Assembly: GCA_913045115.1 (NCBI GenBank)
Contig: CAJWPJ010000001.1
Coordinates: 7,415 to 71,414, forward strand
Length of the DNA: 64,000 bases
DNA from: an uncultured Gammaproteobacteria bacterium
GTDB taxonomy: Bacteria > Pseudomonadota > Gammaproteobacteria > GCA-002705445 > GCA-002716945
Reading direction: 5' to 3'
Under the pieces are notes generated by a model that worked only from the letters and a program-made list of their open reading frames with translations, searched no databases and was not told the DNA's origin. The translations under genes were made by a program, and so were the position numbers. Of this stretch, positions 10,024 to 19,922 are shown one piece after another (positions within the stretch are counted from its first letter, which is position 1; the number at the start of each line of letters is the position of its first letter).

Positions 10024-10376
10024 TTAAACCAACAGAACTCAGATATATAAAAAAAACAAATACCTTATCTATCACTTTTGAAGATGGATTCAGTAGTGAC
10101 ATTACTTCAGAATATCTTAGATGTTTTTCACCTTCTGCCGAGGTGAAGGGACATGGTCCAGGACAGGAAAAACTTCAAATCAATAAAGAAGATGTAGCTA
10201 TTGATAAGTTAGAACCTGTTGGAAACTATGCAGTAAGAATTGTATTTGATGATGGGCATGATACAGGATTGTATTCATGGGAACATCTGTATAGCTTATG
10301 TAAAAACTACAAAGATAACTGGCATAACTATCTTGAACGGCTTAAAGATGCTGGTCACACGAGGAGAAAGCCATGA
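10020..10376 (+). CDS. DUF971-family protein (gamma-butyrobetaine hydroxylase-like N-terminal domain)
   Basis: 118 aa, with a C/H-containing pattern ([14 protein letters not shown]...YSWEHLY). This conserved unknown is commonly found downstream of hslU in pseudomonads. Confidence 0.55.
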   Translation: MIKPTELRYIKKTNTLSITFEDGFSSDITSEYLRCFSPSAEVKGHGPGQEKLQINKEDVAIDKLEPVGNYAVRIVFDDGHDTGLYSWEHLYSLCKNYKDNWHNYLERLKDAGHTRRKP

Positions 10377-10756
10377 GCAAGAAAGAAGTTGTATGTGAAA
10401 CAGCACCATCGGCTATTGGAACATATTCCCAGGCAATTAATGTCGGCAATTTTACATTTATTTCTGGTCAAATCCCTTTGGACTATAAAACTATGACTGT
10501 CGTAGAAGGAACTTTTGAAGAACAAGTAGAGATAATAATGCAGAGTCTAGGGAATATAGCAAAATCTTCTGGTGGCAGTATAGATGATTGCGTTAAATTT
10601 ACAGTGTATCTAAAAGACCTTGAAAATTTTTCAACAGTAAACAGTGTCATGGAAAAATATTTATCAAAACCGTATCCATCGCGTGCAGCCATTGAAGTAA
10701 GTAGATTACCGAAAGATGTAGAAGTTGAAATAGACGCAGTTTTATTCAAAGAATAA
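10373..10756 (+). CDS. ridA: RidA/YjgF-family reactive enamine/imine deaminase
   Basis: 127 aa with TAPSAIGTYSQAI...PSRAAIEV, a typical RidA. Confidence 0.85.
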   Translation: MSKKEVVCETAPSAIGTYSQAINVGNFTFISGQIPLDYKTMTVVEGTFEEQVEIIMQSLGNIAKSSGGSIDDCVKFTVYLKDLENFSTVNSVMEKYLSKPYPSRAAIEVSRLPKDVEVEIDAVLFKE

Positions 10757-10759
10757 ATA

Positions 10760-12811
10760 ATGCATAAAAAGCACGATGATCTTTCAATGAGTGTGGGCTC
10801 GCTAAGTGGTGTTGGCCCTAAAACTCTCTCTTTACTTAAACAAATCGGCATAAACTCATTATTCGATTTACTATCACATATTCCTAAAGAATTCTGTGAT
10901 AAATCAGAAACGGGCCCTTTAGCAAGTATAAATCATGGTGATCGTGTTGTTGCGTCAGGCCAGATTATTAAAAGTATCAGAACGAAAGGATTTAAGCCTA
11001 ACTATATTATTACTGTTAAAGGTAAACTGGGTGTTTTTACGGTTAGGTTTATCCACAAAATCATAATATTTATGAATCTTCAACCTGGAACTAATGTGAG
11101 AGTCGATGGTAAAGTAAAAATGAAAAAAGGCAATATTGAGTTCATCCATCCTGAAATTGAAACATTTGTCGACAGTGATCCTTTACAATCTATCATCCCA
11201 AGATACTCACTGAGAGGAATGATATCTCAAAAAAAGATGAGAAAGCTAATACTTCAGGCATTTAAAATTTTTTCACCTAATTATGAATTCACGACTCTTG
11301 ATGATTACTTTAATAAAAACTTTAATTGCATGTCCATGCTTAAGGCTTTTAAAAAAATTCATTTCCCTGAGGGTAGTATGGAGCAGGCATTTGAACAGTA
11401 TAATAGCGCAAAAAAAAGATTAATTTTTGAAGAAGTCTATTTGTATAAGCATGAACTTCTCGAAAATCTTTCAAAGTATGAAGGAAAAAAATCATTCAAT
11501 ATATCTATAGAAGAAGGACATACAGAAAACTTCATAAAGAAACTACCTTTTAAACTTACAGATGGACAAAGAAAAGCCCTAGGTAAGGTGTTTGATTCTC
11601 TAAAATCTAATCAGCCGTCAAGAGTTTTAATACAGGGAGATGTCGGTTGTGGTAAAACAATAGTTGCTGTAATTGCATGTTTAAATGTTGTGCGAGATAG
11701 ACACCAGTGCTTAGTTCTAGTTCCGACAGAAGTTTTGTGTAACCAGCACTTTAAAACGTTTTCAAATCTTCTGGGTGATCTTGGCAAAGTGGCAAAGCTT
11801 AGCGGTAAACATACTAGGTCAGAAAAGTTGGATATAAAACATGCTCTTAAAACTGGTACAATTTCAATTCTTATCGCAACTCATGCGCTTCTATATAACG
11901 ACTATGAATTCAAAAGTCTAGCTCTTGTAGTTATTGATGAACAGCACAAATTTGGAGTAAAACAAAGAGAAAGAATCACATCAACTTATTCCAACCAACC
12001 TCATTTAATCTATATGTCAGCAACACCTATTCCCAGAACTTTAGCACTAGTTCTCTATGAGAATATGAATTATCTAAAGATACTTGATAAGCCCGACTCT
12101 CAAAAACAGACAAAAACATTTGTATATAGTGACAACAGAAGACAAGAAATTTATGATCATGTCCAAGAACATTTAGATAATGGAATGCAAGCTTACTGGG
12201 TTTGCACAAGAGTTGAGGATACATTAGACGACAGTCTTCAATCTGTAAAAGTATTTTCAGATATAATAAAAAACCAATTTCCGAATTATAAAACTGCTGT
12301 ACTTCATGGAAAACTTCCTGCCGATGAAAAAATTAAAATAATAAACGATTTTCAAAGCGGCGATATAAAAATACTCGTAGCAACAAGCGTGATAGAGGTA
12401 GGTGTAGATTGTAAAAATGCAAATTGTCTTGTGGTAGAAAACTCTGAGATGTTTGGGATATCACAGCTCCATCAATTAAGAGGTAGAGTTGGAAGGGGTA
12501 TTGACCAAGGATATTGTTATTTTATCCATACTGATAGCGTAAGAGACGAAACTATTGAGAAATTGAAGTACTTGGAACTAAACACCTCTGGATTTGACGT
12601 AGCTGAGCATGACTTGAAGATGAGAGGCTCTGGAACATATCTAGGGACAAAACAATCAGGCTTACCTGATAATTATAGAGTTACAGACATAAATGACATC
12701 ATGAATAATATCCATCAGATAAAGAAATTTACATATAACCTTCCATCTGCAAGAATCATAGAGTTTAAAAAAAGATGGAACATAAAGAAAATTGATGAAG
12801 TACAACTATAG
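10760..12811 (+). CDS. recG: ATP-dependent DNA helicase RecG
   Basis: 683 aa with helicase motifs (GDVGCGKT, VIDEQHKFGV, QLRGRVGRG) and an N-terminal wedge domain. Confidence 0.9.
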   Translation: MHKKHDDLSMSVGSLSGVGPKTLSLLKQIGINSLFDLLSHIPKEFCDKSETGPLASINHGDRVVASGQIIKSIRTKGFKPNYIITVKGKLGVFTVRFIHKIIIFMNLQPGTNVRVDGKVKMKKGNIEFIHPEIETFVDSDPLQSIIPRYSLRGMISQKKMRKLILQAFKIFSPNYEFTTLDDYFNKNFNCMSMLKAFKKIHFPEGSMEQAFEQYNSAKKRLIFEEVYLYKHELLENLSKYEGKKSFNISIEEGHTENFIKKLPFKLTDGQRKALGKVFDSLKSNQPSRVLIQGDVGCGKTIVAVIACLNVVRDRHQCLVLVPTEVLCNQHFKTFSNLLGDLGKVAKLSGKHTRSEKLDIKHALKTGTISILIATHALLYNDYEFKSLALVVIDEQHKFGVKQRERITSTYSNQPHLIYMSATPIPRTLALVLYENMNYLKILDKPDSQKQTKTFVYSDNRRQEIYDHVQEHLDNGMQAYWVCTRVEDTLDDSLQSVKVFSDIIKNQFPNYKTAVLHGKLPADEKIKIINDFQSGDIKILVATSVIEVGVDCKNANCLVVENSEMFGISQLHQLRGRVGRGIDQGYCYFIHTDSVRDETIEKLKYLELNTSGFDVAEHDLKMRGSGTYLGTKQSGLPDNYRVTDINDIMNNIHQIKKFTYNLPSARIIEFKKRWNIKKIDEVQL

Positions 12812-13298
12812 GAAAAAATGGCTAAGAGAAAGTTCCCTAGAGGGCCTGTCTAAGAATCTAAAAAAACTGCTAACGTATAACTTGTCTCTTACAAAGAGAT
12901 TAGCAATGAAAAACTCTGTAACACTTATCTCATCAAAAATGCAACTTACTAAGCAATCACTTCACTCACCAAAGAGGTATTCACTTGTGAGGAGAGTTGA
13001 GCTTCATGGTAAGCTAGATAAGCCTATTCTAGCAACGACATACATATCAGTTAATAGTATTAGGGGACGACTTATGCCTATCAAAATACTTAAAGACAGA
13101 TCTCTTGCGTCACTTCTATTTAAAAATCCTATGTTCAAAAAAAAATCAATTGAATATAAAATTCTTCCCAATCATGTTATGCGTTTAACTTACTTTGAGA
13201 AAAGACGTTTAAGAATTAAAGTTGAAGAACTATTCCCAAAAAAAAATAATTATCCAAATCTAAGATTAATTGAATGCAGAAGGAACATCGTCAATTGA
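12792..13298 (+). CDS. ubiC: chorismate pyruvate-lyase (UbiC family)
   Basis: 168 aa. LSLTKRLAMKNSVTLISSKM aligns with E. coli UbiC [22 protein letters not shown], and the C-terminal ELFP matches. It lies far from ubiA here. Confidence 0.5.
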   Translation: MMKYNYRKKWLRESSLEGLSKNLKKLLTYNLSLTKRLAMKNSVTLISSKMQLTKQSLHSPKRYSLVRRVELHGKLDKPILATTYISVNSIRGRLMPIKILKDRSLASLLFKNPMFKKKSIEYKILPNHVMRLTYFEKRRLRIKVEELFPKKNNYPNLRLIECRRNIVN

Positions 13299-13919
13299 AG
13301 ACATCCCAATAATTTTATCTGACATGTTGCATTTTTCGTTGCCTAAGTAAATTGCTTTAGATATACCAGCGGATAATCCCACATGAATATTTTTTATAGT
13401 GTCCTCTATCAGCACGGTCCTAGTAAAATCAATCTTATATCTAGATTTAAGCATATACCAAAGTTGTATATCTTCCTTTACATAATGTAGCTCGTGTGCG
13501 CAAACCATCTCGTCAAAGTATGGAGATAAATCATACTTTTGTAGTTTTATATTCAATGTTTTCCTATGCGCGTTAGTGATAAGAATCATCTTCATTTTAT
13601 TTTTCAATTTTTCTAAACAAGGAAGAGACCCACTATAAAGCTTTATTTTTTCATAGCTTTCTTTTGCTTTTTTTTCTTCTTCTATATCAATATCAAGCAT
13701 ATTTGACCAATAATCTAGGTCGTACCAATCTTTAGAATTTTTTTTATAGTTAAAAATTTGTATCGCAAGTCTTTGCGCATCCTCAAAGGGAATGTTTCTT
13801 TTTTTAGCTAGCACACCTGGTATTTGATTTTGCCAAAAATTATTATCATATGTGTTATCCAAAATTACACCATCCATATCAAATAATAGGCATTCTGTAT
13901 CTTTTAATATCATATGCAT
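13266..13919 (-). CDS. HAD-superfamily hydrolase (YrfG/nucleotidase-like)
   Basis: It has the DxD motif LLFDMDGVILDN. The ORF opens at 13976, but that would overlap the divergent NUDIX gene, so I prefer the start at MHMILKD (13919 or 13913). Confidence 0.7.
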   Translation of the reverse strand: MHMILKDTECLLFDMDGVILDNTYDNNFWQNQIPGVLAKKRNIPFEDAQRLAIQIFNYKKNSKDWYDLDYWSNMLDIDIEEEKKAKESYEKIKLYSGSLPCLEKLKNKMKMILITNAHRKTLNIKLQKYDLSPYFDEMVCAHELHYVKEDIQLWYMLKSRYKIDFTRTVLIEDTIKNIHVGLSAGISKAIYLGNEKCNMSDKIIGMSSIDDVPSAFN

Positions 13920-13951
13920 TAATGTATCATCATCTCTTGTAACTGTACAAC

Positions 13952-14476
13952 ATGCCGAAAATATTAAAAAAATCATCTGTATATAAAAGTAAATTATTTA
14001 ATATAAATGAGGCAAAAATAGAATTCCATAATGAAACATTGACTTACGAGATCATATCAGGGACTGGTAACGGTGCCGTATTAATTATTCCTATAATTGA
14101 TAACAAAATTATTTTTATTAAAGAGTATGCAGCAGCTGTAGATGATTACATGCTTACTCTTCCTAAGGGGAAAATAGACTCTAATGAAACTATTTATGAA
14201 GCTGCCGACAGAGAGCTACAGGAAGAGATAGGATTTAAATCTAACAAGATGAAATTTATAAAAGAAATCTATCTTGCCCCTGGCTACATTGACCACGTTA
14301 CTTATATGATGCTTGCAGAGAGTTTAGAGCCTTCATCTTTAATTGGGGATGAGCCGGAAGATTTAGAAATCATACAAGTAGAAATACCTCGCATCAGCAC
14401 TTTTTTAGGAAAAAATAAAATTATAGATTCTAGAGTTTATGCTGCTGTAAATTATATACAAAATAACTATGAATAG
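13952..14476 (+). CDS. NUDIX hydrolase (NudE/ADP-ribose pyrophosphatase-like)
   Basis: The Nudix box is GKIDSNETIYEAADRELQEEIGF. Confidence 0.8.
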   Translation: MPKILKKSSVYKSKLFNINEAKIEFHNETLTYEIISGTGNGAVLIIPIIDNKIIFIKEYAAAVDDYMLTLPKGKIDSNETIYEAADRELQEEIGFKSNKMKFIKEIYLAPGYIDHVTYMMLAESLEPSSLIGDEPEDLEIIQVEIPRISTFLGKNKIIDSRVYAAVNYIQNNYE

Positions 14477-15266
14477 ATTTGATCAACATATTCAAAACCT
14501 TCTAGCTTTATGCTCTAGAATAGGAGTTATACAATTAGAAAATCAAAGTAAGTTAAAAATTGAGACAAAATCTGATAAGTCTCCTGTTACGAATATTGAC
14601 TTACTATCTAATGATATGATTATTGGGTATTTGTCATCCCATTTTCCTGAGGATATTATTATTTCTGAAGAAAGCGCAGAAAAAATAAAAAGGAAGCAGT
14701 CATACTGGGTAGTTGATCCTATTGATGGGACCAAAGATTACATTAAGGGAGGAAGTCAATTTTGCATTTGCATCGCATATATCGAAAATAACTACCCAGT
14801 TTTTGGAATTATATATATACCAAGCACAAAAGAATTCTTTTACGCCATTCAAGGCAACGGCTCATACCTTTTAGGAGAAGATGGGGTAAAAGTTAAATTG
14901 CCTCTTATAAAGCCTATAAGTGATCGTATATTCTTAAGCACTACTATAAGAAAAAGTATACTGAAAATATTAGAGAATGATTTCCCAGACTCAGAGAAAG
15001 TATTTATGTCTAGTGCAGTTAAATTTTCTAAAGTTGCTGAAGGAAATGGACATTTATCAATAAGGCTAGGTCCAACTTATGAGTGGGATACTGCAGCCGG
15101 ACAGTGCATTCTTGAGGAGTCTGGAAGTTTATTTTTAGATAAGAATTTGAATAGATTCTCATATGGCAAAGAGGAAAATCTTTTAAACGGCCCGTTTTTT
15201 GTAATTAATGGTAATCTGAATGATTACAAGAAAACTATTGGTCAGTGCCTTTCTTTGACTGAATAG
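14469..15266 (+). CDS. cysQ: 3'(2'),5'-bisphosphate nucleotidase CysQ (inositol monophosphatase family)
   Basis: It has the WVVDPIDGTKDY metal-binding motif and WDTAAG. The nudE-cysQ adjacency matches Pseudomonas. Confidence 0.8.
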   Translation: MNRFDQHIQNLLALCSRIGVIQLENQSKLKIETKSDKSPVTNIDLLSNDMIIGYLSSHFPEDIIISEESAEKIKRKQSYWVVDPIDGTKDYIKGGSQFCICIAYIENNYPVFGIIYIPSTKEFFYAIQGNGSYLLGEDGVKVKLPLIKPISDRIFLSTTIRKSILKILENDFPDSEKVFMSSAVKFSKVAEGNGHLSIRLGPTYEWDTAAGQCILEESGSLFLDKNLNRFSYGKEENLLNGPFFVINGNLNDYKKTIGQCLSLTE

Positions 15267-15329
15267 ATTTTTTATAGGCATCTTTGTTCAGCTTTTTCAT
15301 AATTTTATATTTACCCTGAATACTTTTAC

Positions 15330-15350
15330 ACCATGTCGTCATGGTTTTTT
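15330..15350 (+). terminator. weak candidate intrinsic terminator after cysQ
   Basis: A 6-bp stem, ACCATG paired with CATGGT, encloses a 4-nt loop and is followed by TTTTT. The stem is AT-rich and weak. Confidence 0.3.
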
Positions 15351-15414
15351 CATAATCTTTCAATTTATTATTATCAGCCATAGAATCAATTGTATGTTAT
15401 CATTTTTTTGAATT

Positions 15415-16140
15415 ATGCTTAAAAATTTACTATCAAAGATTTCCCCTGAGGGGTATTATAGATTCACAAACGCCATAATACCATGGCTACTTACTTTATC
15501 GTTGCTTTTCATAACATTTGGATTGTATCAGGGCCTTTTTGTAGCCCCTCCCGATTATCAACAAGGGGATGCATTCCGTATTATGTATGTTCATGTACCA
15601 AGCGCATGGATTTCATTATTTGCATACTCTGTTGTTTTCTTCTCCGCAATTGTATCTTTGATATGGCATGTAAAAGTATATGACGTAATTTTACTAGCTT
15701 CATGTAAGTTGGGAGCATTATTTACTTTGTTTACTTTAATTACTGGGGCTATTTGGGGAAAACCAATGTGGGGTACTTGGTGGGCATGGGATGCAAGACT
15801 CACATCAGAATTAATACTTTTCTTTCTCTATTTATCGATACTCTTGTTGCACGGTTCTTTTGAAGATAAAAAGAAAGCCGCTTCAGCAGCCAATATCTTA
15901 GCTATTATTGGTTTCATAAATATACCAATAATACATTTTTCTGTTGAATGGTGGAATACACTTCATCAAGGGCCATCTGTGATCAAACTGAGTGCGCCGA
16001 GTATTGCTGGGGATATGTTATCTCCACTTATTATTACTGCTTTGGGTTTTACATTCTTTTTCTTCGGTACAATGCTTAAATCATCTCAAAATATTTTATT
16101 AGACTATGAAAAAAATAAGCTCTGGGTAAAATCAATCTAA
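15415..16140 (+). CDS. ccmC: heme exporter protein CcmC (cytochrome c maturation)
   Basis: 241 aa with the WWD domain WGTWWAWDARLTS and a multi-TM topology. Confidence 0.9.
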   Translation: MLKNLLSKISPEGYYRFTNAIIPWLLTLSLLFITFGLYQGLFVAPPDYQQGDAFRIMYVHVPSAWISLFAYSVVFFSAIVSLIWHVKVYDVILLASCKLGALFTLFTLITGAIWGKPMWGTWWAWDARLTSELILFFLYLSILLLHGSFEDKKKAASAANILAIIGFINIPIIHFSVEWWNTLHQGPSVIKLSAPSIAGDMLSPLIITALGFTFFFFGTMLKSSQNILLDYEKNKLWVKSI

Positions 16141-16803
16141 ACTACTTCTAATTCCGAATGATGCCGCAAATGGTGCTATTATGAGAAATAATACTAGTAA
16201 TGTTGTAAGGAATAACATTTCTGAATCGTAGTTCACTCCGATAGATGCGTTGTAGATAGCACTTGTTCCGAAAATTAGTATAGGAATATCAAGAGGTAAC
16301 ACAATAGTTGACAGTAAAAGACCATTGCCTTTCAAGCTCAGTGTTAATGAAGCAACAATTGATCCTATCAACGATAACGTAAGTGTTCCTAATATAAGAC
16401 TTGAAAATAGGATTATAGATATACCAAGATTACTTGTTAGTAGTAAATTTGCAAAAAAAGCAACAAGGACTAAAGGAATTATTGTGAACATCCAATGAGC
16501 TACGACTTTAGCAAGTATACTTATTTCAAGTATCTCAGAATTTATAACTATCCCGTCGAGTGTTCCATCTTCGTAATCCTCTTTAAATAAAGAGTCCATG
16601 TTAAGTAGACACACTAAAAGACAGGATAGCCAAATAATTTGTGGGAGAATATTATCGTAACCACCGACAGTTGTCCCCTCTAAGCTTATTGAGAAGAAGG
16701 TGATAATTAAAAGCATATAAACGATTGGCATAAAAACACGTGATGCAGTATTCAGCACTATGCACATATCTCTATAAAGAATTGTTGCGAATGATTTCAA
16801 CAC
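16132..16803 (-). CDS. ccmB: heme exporter permease CcmB
   Basis: 223 aa and polytopic, with a typical CcmB N-terminus. Its 3-prime end overlaps the ccmC 3-prime end by 9 nt (convergent). Confidence 0.85.
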   Translation of the reverse strand: MLKSFATILYRDMCIVLNTASRVFMPIVYMLLIITFFSISLEGTTVGGYDNILPQIIWLSCLLVCLLNMDSLFKEDYEDGTLDGIVINSEILEISILAKVVAHWMFTIIPLVLVAFFANLLLTSNLGISIILFSSLILGTLTLSLIGSIVASLTLSLKGNGLLLSTIVLPLDIPILIFGTSAIYNASIGVNYDSEMLFLTTLLVLFLIIAPFAASFGIRSSLD

Positions 16804-17390
16804 AATTTTATATTATCAAAATTATCTTTGATATCATGACTTGTAATAATAACAGTACCCATACTATCAACATGTTTATCCATTTTAGTGAGCAACAAAT
16901 TTATCTTCGATTCGTCTAAGCCGGTAAACGGTTCATCTAATATCCATAACCTATTAGAAATCAGAGTTAGTTGAACCAAACTAACTACTTTCTTTTGGCC
17001 GTGTGATAAATTTCTTACTTGTGTATTCATGTATCTTTTCATCGAATAATCTTCAAGTTCGGATTCAATTGTAGAGTGACCATTATTGTTAGAAAAATTA
17101 AGCGTGTATTGTAGATTTTGGTAAACTGTAAGTTCACTTTTAAGTCCATATTTATGACCTATATAAAATATATCATTATTCATATCAAATAGTGGATCAT
17201 AATCAACATCGCCTTCAGTTGGTTGAGTTATACCAGCAATCATTTTCAACAGAGAAGTCTTTCCTGATCCATTTTCACCATAAATATTAATTTTTTGTTT
17301 TTGATTGATGTCCAATGAATATTTATTAATTATTTTTTTATCTTGTCTGGTCAGAGAGACATTATCTAAGCTTAAAAGTTTCGATTTCAC
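16797..17390 (-). CDS. ccmA: cytochrome c biogenesis ABC ATPase CcmA
   Basis: Walker A GENGSGKTSLLK, the signature motif LSHGQKK and Walker B ILDEP. Confidence 0.85.
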   Translation of the reverse strand: MKSKLLSLDNVSLTRQDKKIINKYSLDINQKQKINIYGENGSGKTSLLKMIAGITQPTEGDVDYDPLFDMNNDIFYIGHKYGLKSELTVYQNLQYTLNFSNNNGHSTIESELEDYSMKRYMNTQVRNLSHGQKKVVSLVQLTLISNRLWILDEPFTGLDESKINLLLTKMDKHVDSMGTVIITSHDIKDNFDNIKLC

Positions 17391-17866
17391 TTAATTAACT
17401 CTGATGAAGATACGACGATACCATCGGGATCTGAATATATATAATCGTTTTCTTTGAATAAAATACCTGCAAATGATAGATCAATACCATATTTACCAAT
17501 ATCTTTTTTCTCACTTTTATTAGGGACTAAATTAATTGCTTTTATCGAAATTGATATTTTACTTATCTCAAGACTATCTCTTATGCAGCCATTTACAATA
17601 ATTCCACTCCAGCCATTTTTAAATCCTAGTTCCGCTAAGTTATCTCCAACCAATGCACATTCCTCTGAGCCCTTACCATCGACTACCATTACGCATCCGC
17701 TGCCATCTTCACTTAAAAGCTTTTTTACAAATGAATTATCATTTATAGCCTCAACAGTTTTTATACGCCCATGACAATGCGTATTTGCACCAAATGACTT
17801 AAAAATAGGTTTAGCTATCTCAAGATTATAATCATCGCAAAGATCAGCTGTATTAAATATTCTCAT
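17387..17866 (-). CDS. rraA: RraA-family protein (regulator of RNase E activity A / HMG-CPA aldolase-like)
   Basis: MRIFNTADLCDDY...VMVVDGKGSEECALVGDNLAE aligns along its whole length with E. coli RraA. Confidence 0.85.
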   Translation of the reverse strand: MRIFNTADLCDDYNLEIAKPIFKSFGANTHCHGRIKTVEAINDNSFVKKLLSEDGSGCVMVVDGKGSEECALVGDNLAELGFKNGWSGIIVNGCIRDSLEISKISISIKAINLVPNKSEKKDIGKYGIDLSFAGILFKENDYIYSDPDGIVVSSSELIK

Positions 17867-19127
17867 CTTTAATAATAAATTTGATTCTTTTTAATATTAT
17901 CAGAGCAGGTATGGCTATTAAAGAGCAAAAAATAAAGTATAAATCCCAGTTAAGTAATTCTACGAGATATCCAGAAGTGCCAGAAAGAAAAGTCCTTGGC
18001 AAGGACATAAGAGCTGTCATTAACGCAAACTGTGTAGCAGTGAATTCTTTTGAGGTCATGTGTGCAATAAATGCTAGGTATGCGGTATACCCCATGCCAG
18101 CGGCAAGATTTTCAAGTGATATTACTGTAATTAACATCATGGTATTATCTCCAGCGTAATATAATATTGAAAAGCCAAGTGTAGCTATCAGTTGAAATAC
18201 GCCGAAGTATATTAAAGATTTATATAGACCTAGTTTTAATGATAATGCCCCACCTAAAAAAGCACCAAGCAATGTTGCGCCAAGACCAAAGAATTTAACA
18301 ATAGTACCTATCTCTGTCTTTGAAAAGCCAATGTCTAGATAGAAGTTTGTACTCAAGGAGTGTGCCATTGTGTCACCCACTTTATATAAAAGTATAAACA
18401 ATAAGATAAGATATGGTGTCATCAGCTTTATATTGCTTTCAATCACTGTGTACCGTGTAAAGAATTCTTTAAATGGCTCAATTATGGATTCTCGAAGAGT
18501 GTAAGCTTTATACTCAACACTAGGCTCATCTGTTAGTAATGTTGTCACTACCCCAAGAATCATTATCAATGACATCATTGTGTAAACAAATGAGTAGGAA
18601 TAAATGTCTGCTAAAATTAACCCACCTGCACCAGCCGCTAATGCGCCAAACCTATAGCCCAAGACATATGCGGATGCGCCTATTGTCTGTTCACTCTCTT
18701 TCAAGCTCTCTCTTCTATAAGCGTCAATAACTATGTCTTGTGATGCTGAAAAAAATGTCACAGCTAACGATAAAACTGCAACGTTGTATAAGTTGATTTC
18801 TGGTTGGGATTGGCCAAGAAAGAAAATTGAAGAAATCAAGAATACCTGGGATAGTAGTAACCACCCTCTTCTCCGTCCTAGGGCAGAAATAACATATCTA
18901 TCAAATAATGGAGCCCATAGAAATTTGAGTGAGTATGGCAATCCGATTAGCGCAAACAGTCCAATTGTAGATTTTGAGACATTTTCGTCTGTTAACCAGG
19001 CTTGAAGAAGAGTGATTGTTAGTAGCAATGGTAAGCCTGATACAAAGCCCATAACCATTGACACCAGAATTTTTTTCTCTAAGTAAGGAGTAATGCTGTC
19101 TTTCAGAGTATTAAATATCATAATCAA
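17853..19127 (-). CDS. ampG: AmpG-family muropeptide MFS permease
   Basis: GFVSGLPLLLTITLLQAWLTDENV...LKFLWAPLFDRY matches the E. coli AmpG N-terminus. It is 424 aa and polytopic. Confidence 0.85.
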   Translation of the reverse strand: MIMIFNTLKDSITPYLEKKILVSMVMGFVSGLPLLLTITLLQAWLTDENVSKSTIGLFALIGLPYSLKFLWAPLFDRYVISALGRRRGWLLLSQVFLISSIFFLGQSQPEINLYNVAVLSLAVTFFSASQDIVIDAYRRESLKESEQTIGASAYVLGYRFGALAAGAGGLILADIYSYSFVYTMMSLIMILGVVTTLLTDEPSVEYKAYTLRESIIEPFKEFFTRYTVIESNIKLMTPYLILLFILLYKVGDTMAHSLSTNFYLDIGFSKTEIGTIVKFFGLGATLLGAFLGGALSLKLGLYKSLIYFGVFQLIATLGFSILYYAGDNTMMLITVISLENLAAGMGYTAYLAFIAHMTSKEFTATQFALMTALMSLPRTFLSGTSGYLVELLNWDLYFIFCSLIAIPALIILKRIKFIIKDENI

Positions 19128-19878
19128 TTACCAAAGGTGCATGGTCAGAAAATTTCTGCTCTTTATAAACAGACACCTTTTTAATTTTATCTAATAAATT
19201 ATTAGTAACCATTTGATAGTCAATTCTCCATCCCACATTGTTGTTATATGCATTACCTCTATTAGACCACCATGTATATATATCACTTTGCTTACATTTA
19301 ATTCTGAATGCATCTACAAGACCAATATTCTCTATCAACTTTGTCATCCATGATCTCTCTTCAGGGAGAAAACCAGAATTTTTTTGGTTAGACTTCCAGT
19401 TTTTGATATCATCTTTCGTGTGTGCGATATTATAGTCACCACAAAGAATTAATGTTTTTTTCTTTTTAATCTCTTTTTTGACGTATTTCTCAAATAAAGC
19501 CATGAATTCATATTTCATTTTCTGTCTTTCTTCTCCAGATGACCCAGAAGGGAAATATATTGAAGCTACTGTATAATGTTCAAACTCTAAGGATATAAAT
19601 CTTCCTTCCTTTTCAAATATAGACTTAGAGAATGTATTGATGATCTTTGAAGGTTTATGCTTTGAATATATTGCAACACCACTGTATCCCTTTTTATTTG
19701 CGACATTCATATATCTTGAATATCCTTTTAAAATAAAATCATCATTTTCTATTTGTTCCTCAAGCGCCCTCGTTTCTTGCATACATATATGATCTGCTTT
19801 ACTTTTTGAGAGCCAGCCAAATATACCTTTCTTCTGACTTGATCTTATTCCACAAACATTTACTGTTATTACTTTCAT
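19111..19878 (-). CDS. xthA: exodeoxyribonuclease III (EEP family; occupies the position held by crc next to pyrE in Pseudomonas)
   Basis: The ExoIII catalytic residues are retained (QETRA Glu, CGDYNIAH Asp/Asn, WRIDY Asp, SDHAP Asp-His). By contrast, Pseudomonas Crc has QDTRA, GSLYVAH and SQHAP. Confidence 0.8.
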   Translation of the reverse strand: MKVITVNVCGIRSSQKKGIFGWLSKSKADHICMQETRALEEQIENDDFILKGYSRYMNVANKKGYSGVAIYSKHKPSKIINTFSKSIFEKEGRFISLEFEHYTVASIYFPSGSSGEERQKMKYEFMALFEKYVKKEIKKKKTLILCGDYNIAHTKDDIKNWKSNQKNSGFLPEERSWMTKLIENIGLVDAFRIKCKQSDIYTWWSNRGNAYNNNVGWRIDYQMVTNNLLDKIKKVSVYKEQKFSDHAPLVIDYDI

Positions 19879-19922
19879 CTTACTTTATAGGATATGGTAT
19901 CATTAATTATTAATTGCTCACT

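Noticed and set aside
15235-15381. A 48-aa Lys-rich ORF (MADNNKLKDYEKTMTTWCKSIQGKYKIMKKLNK...) on the minus strand in the cysQ-ccmC gap
   Set aside because: It overlaps the cysQ 3-prime end on the opposite strand. It contains the candidate cysQ terminator hairpin (15330-15350). It has no recognisable RBS or family. It is most likely a chance ORF in AT-rich DNA.
19111-19878. Calling the ExoIII-like gene next to pyrE a Crc (catabolite repression control) ortholog
   Set aside because: Crc has lost the nuclease catalytic residues (QDTRA, GSLYVAH, SQHAP). This protein keeps Glu, Asp, Asn and His (QETRA, CGDYNIAH, SDHAP), so I call it an active Xth-type nuclease.
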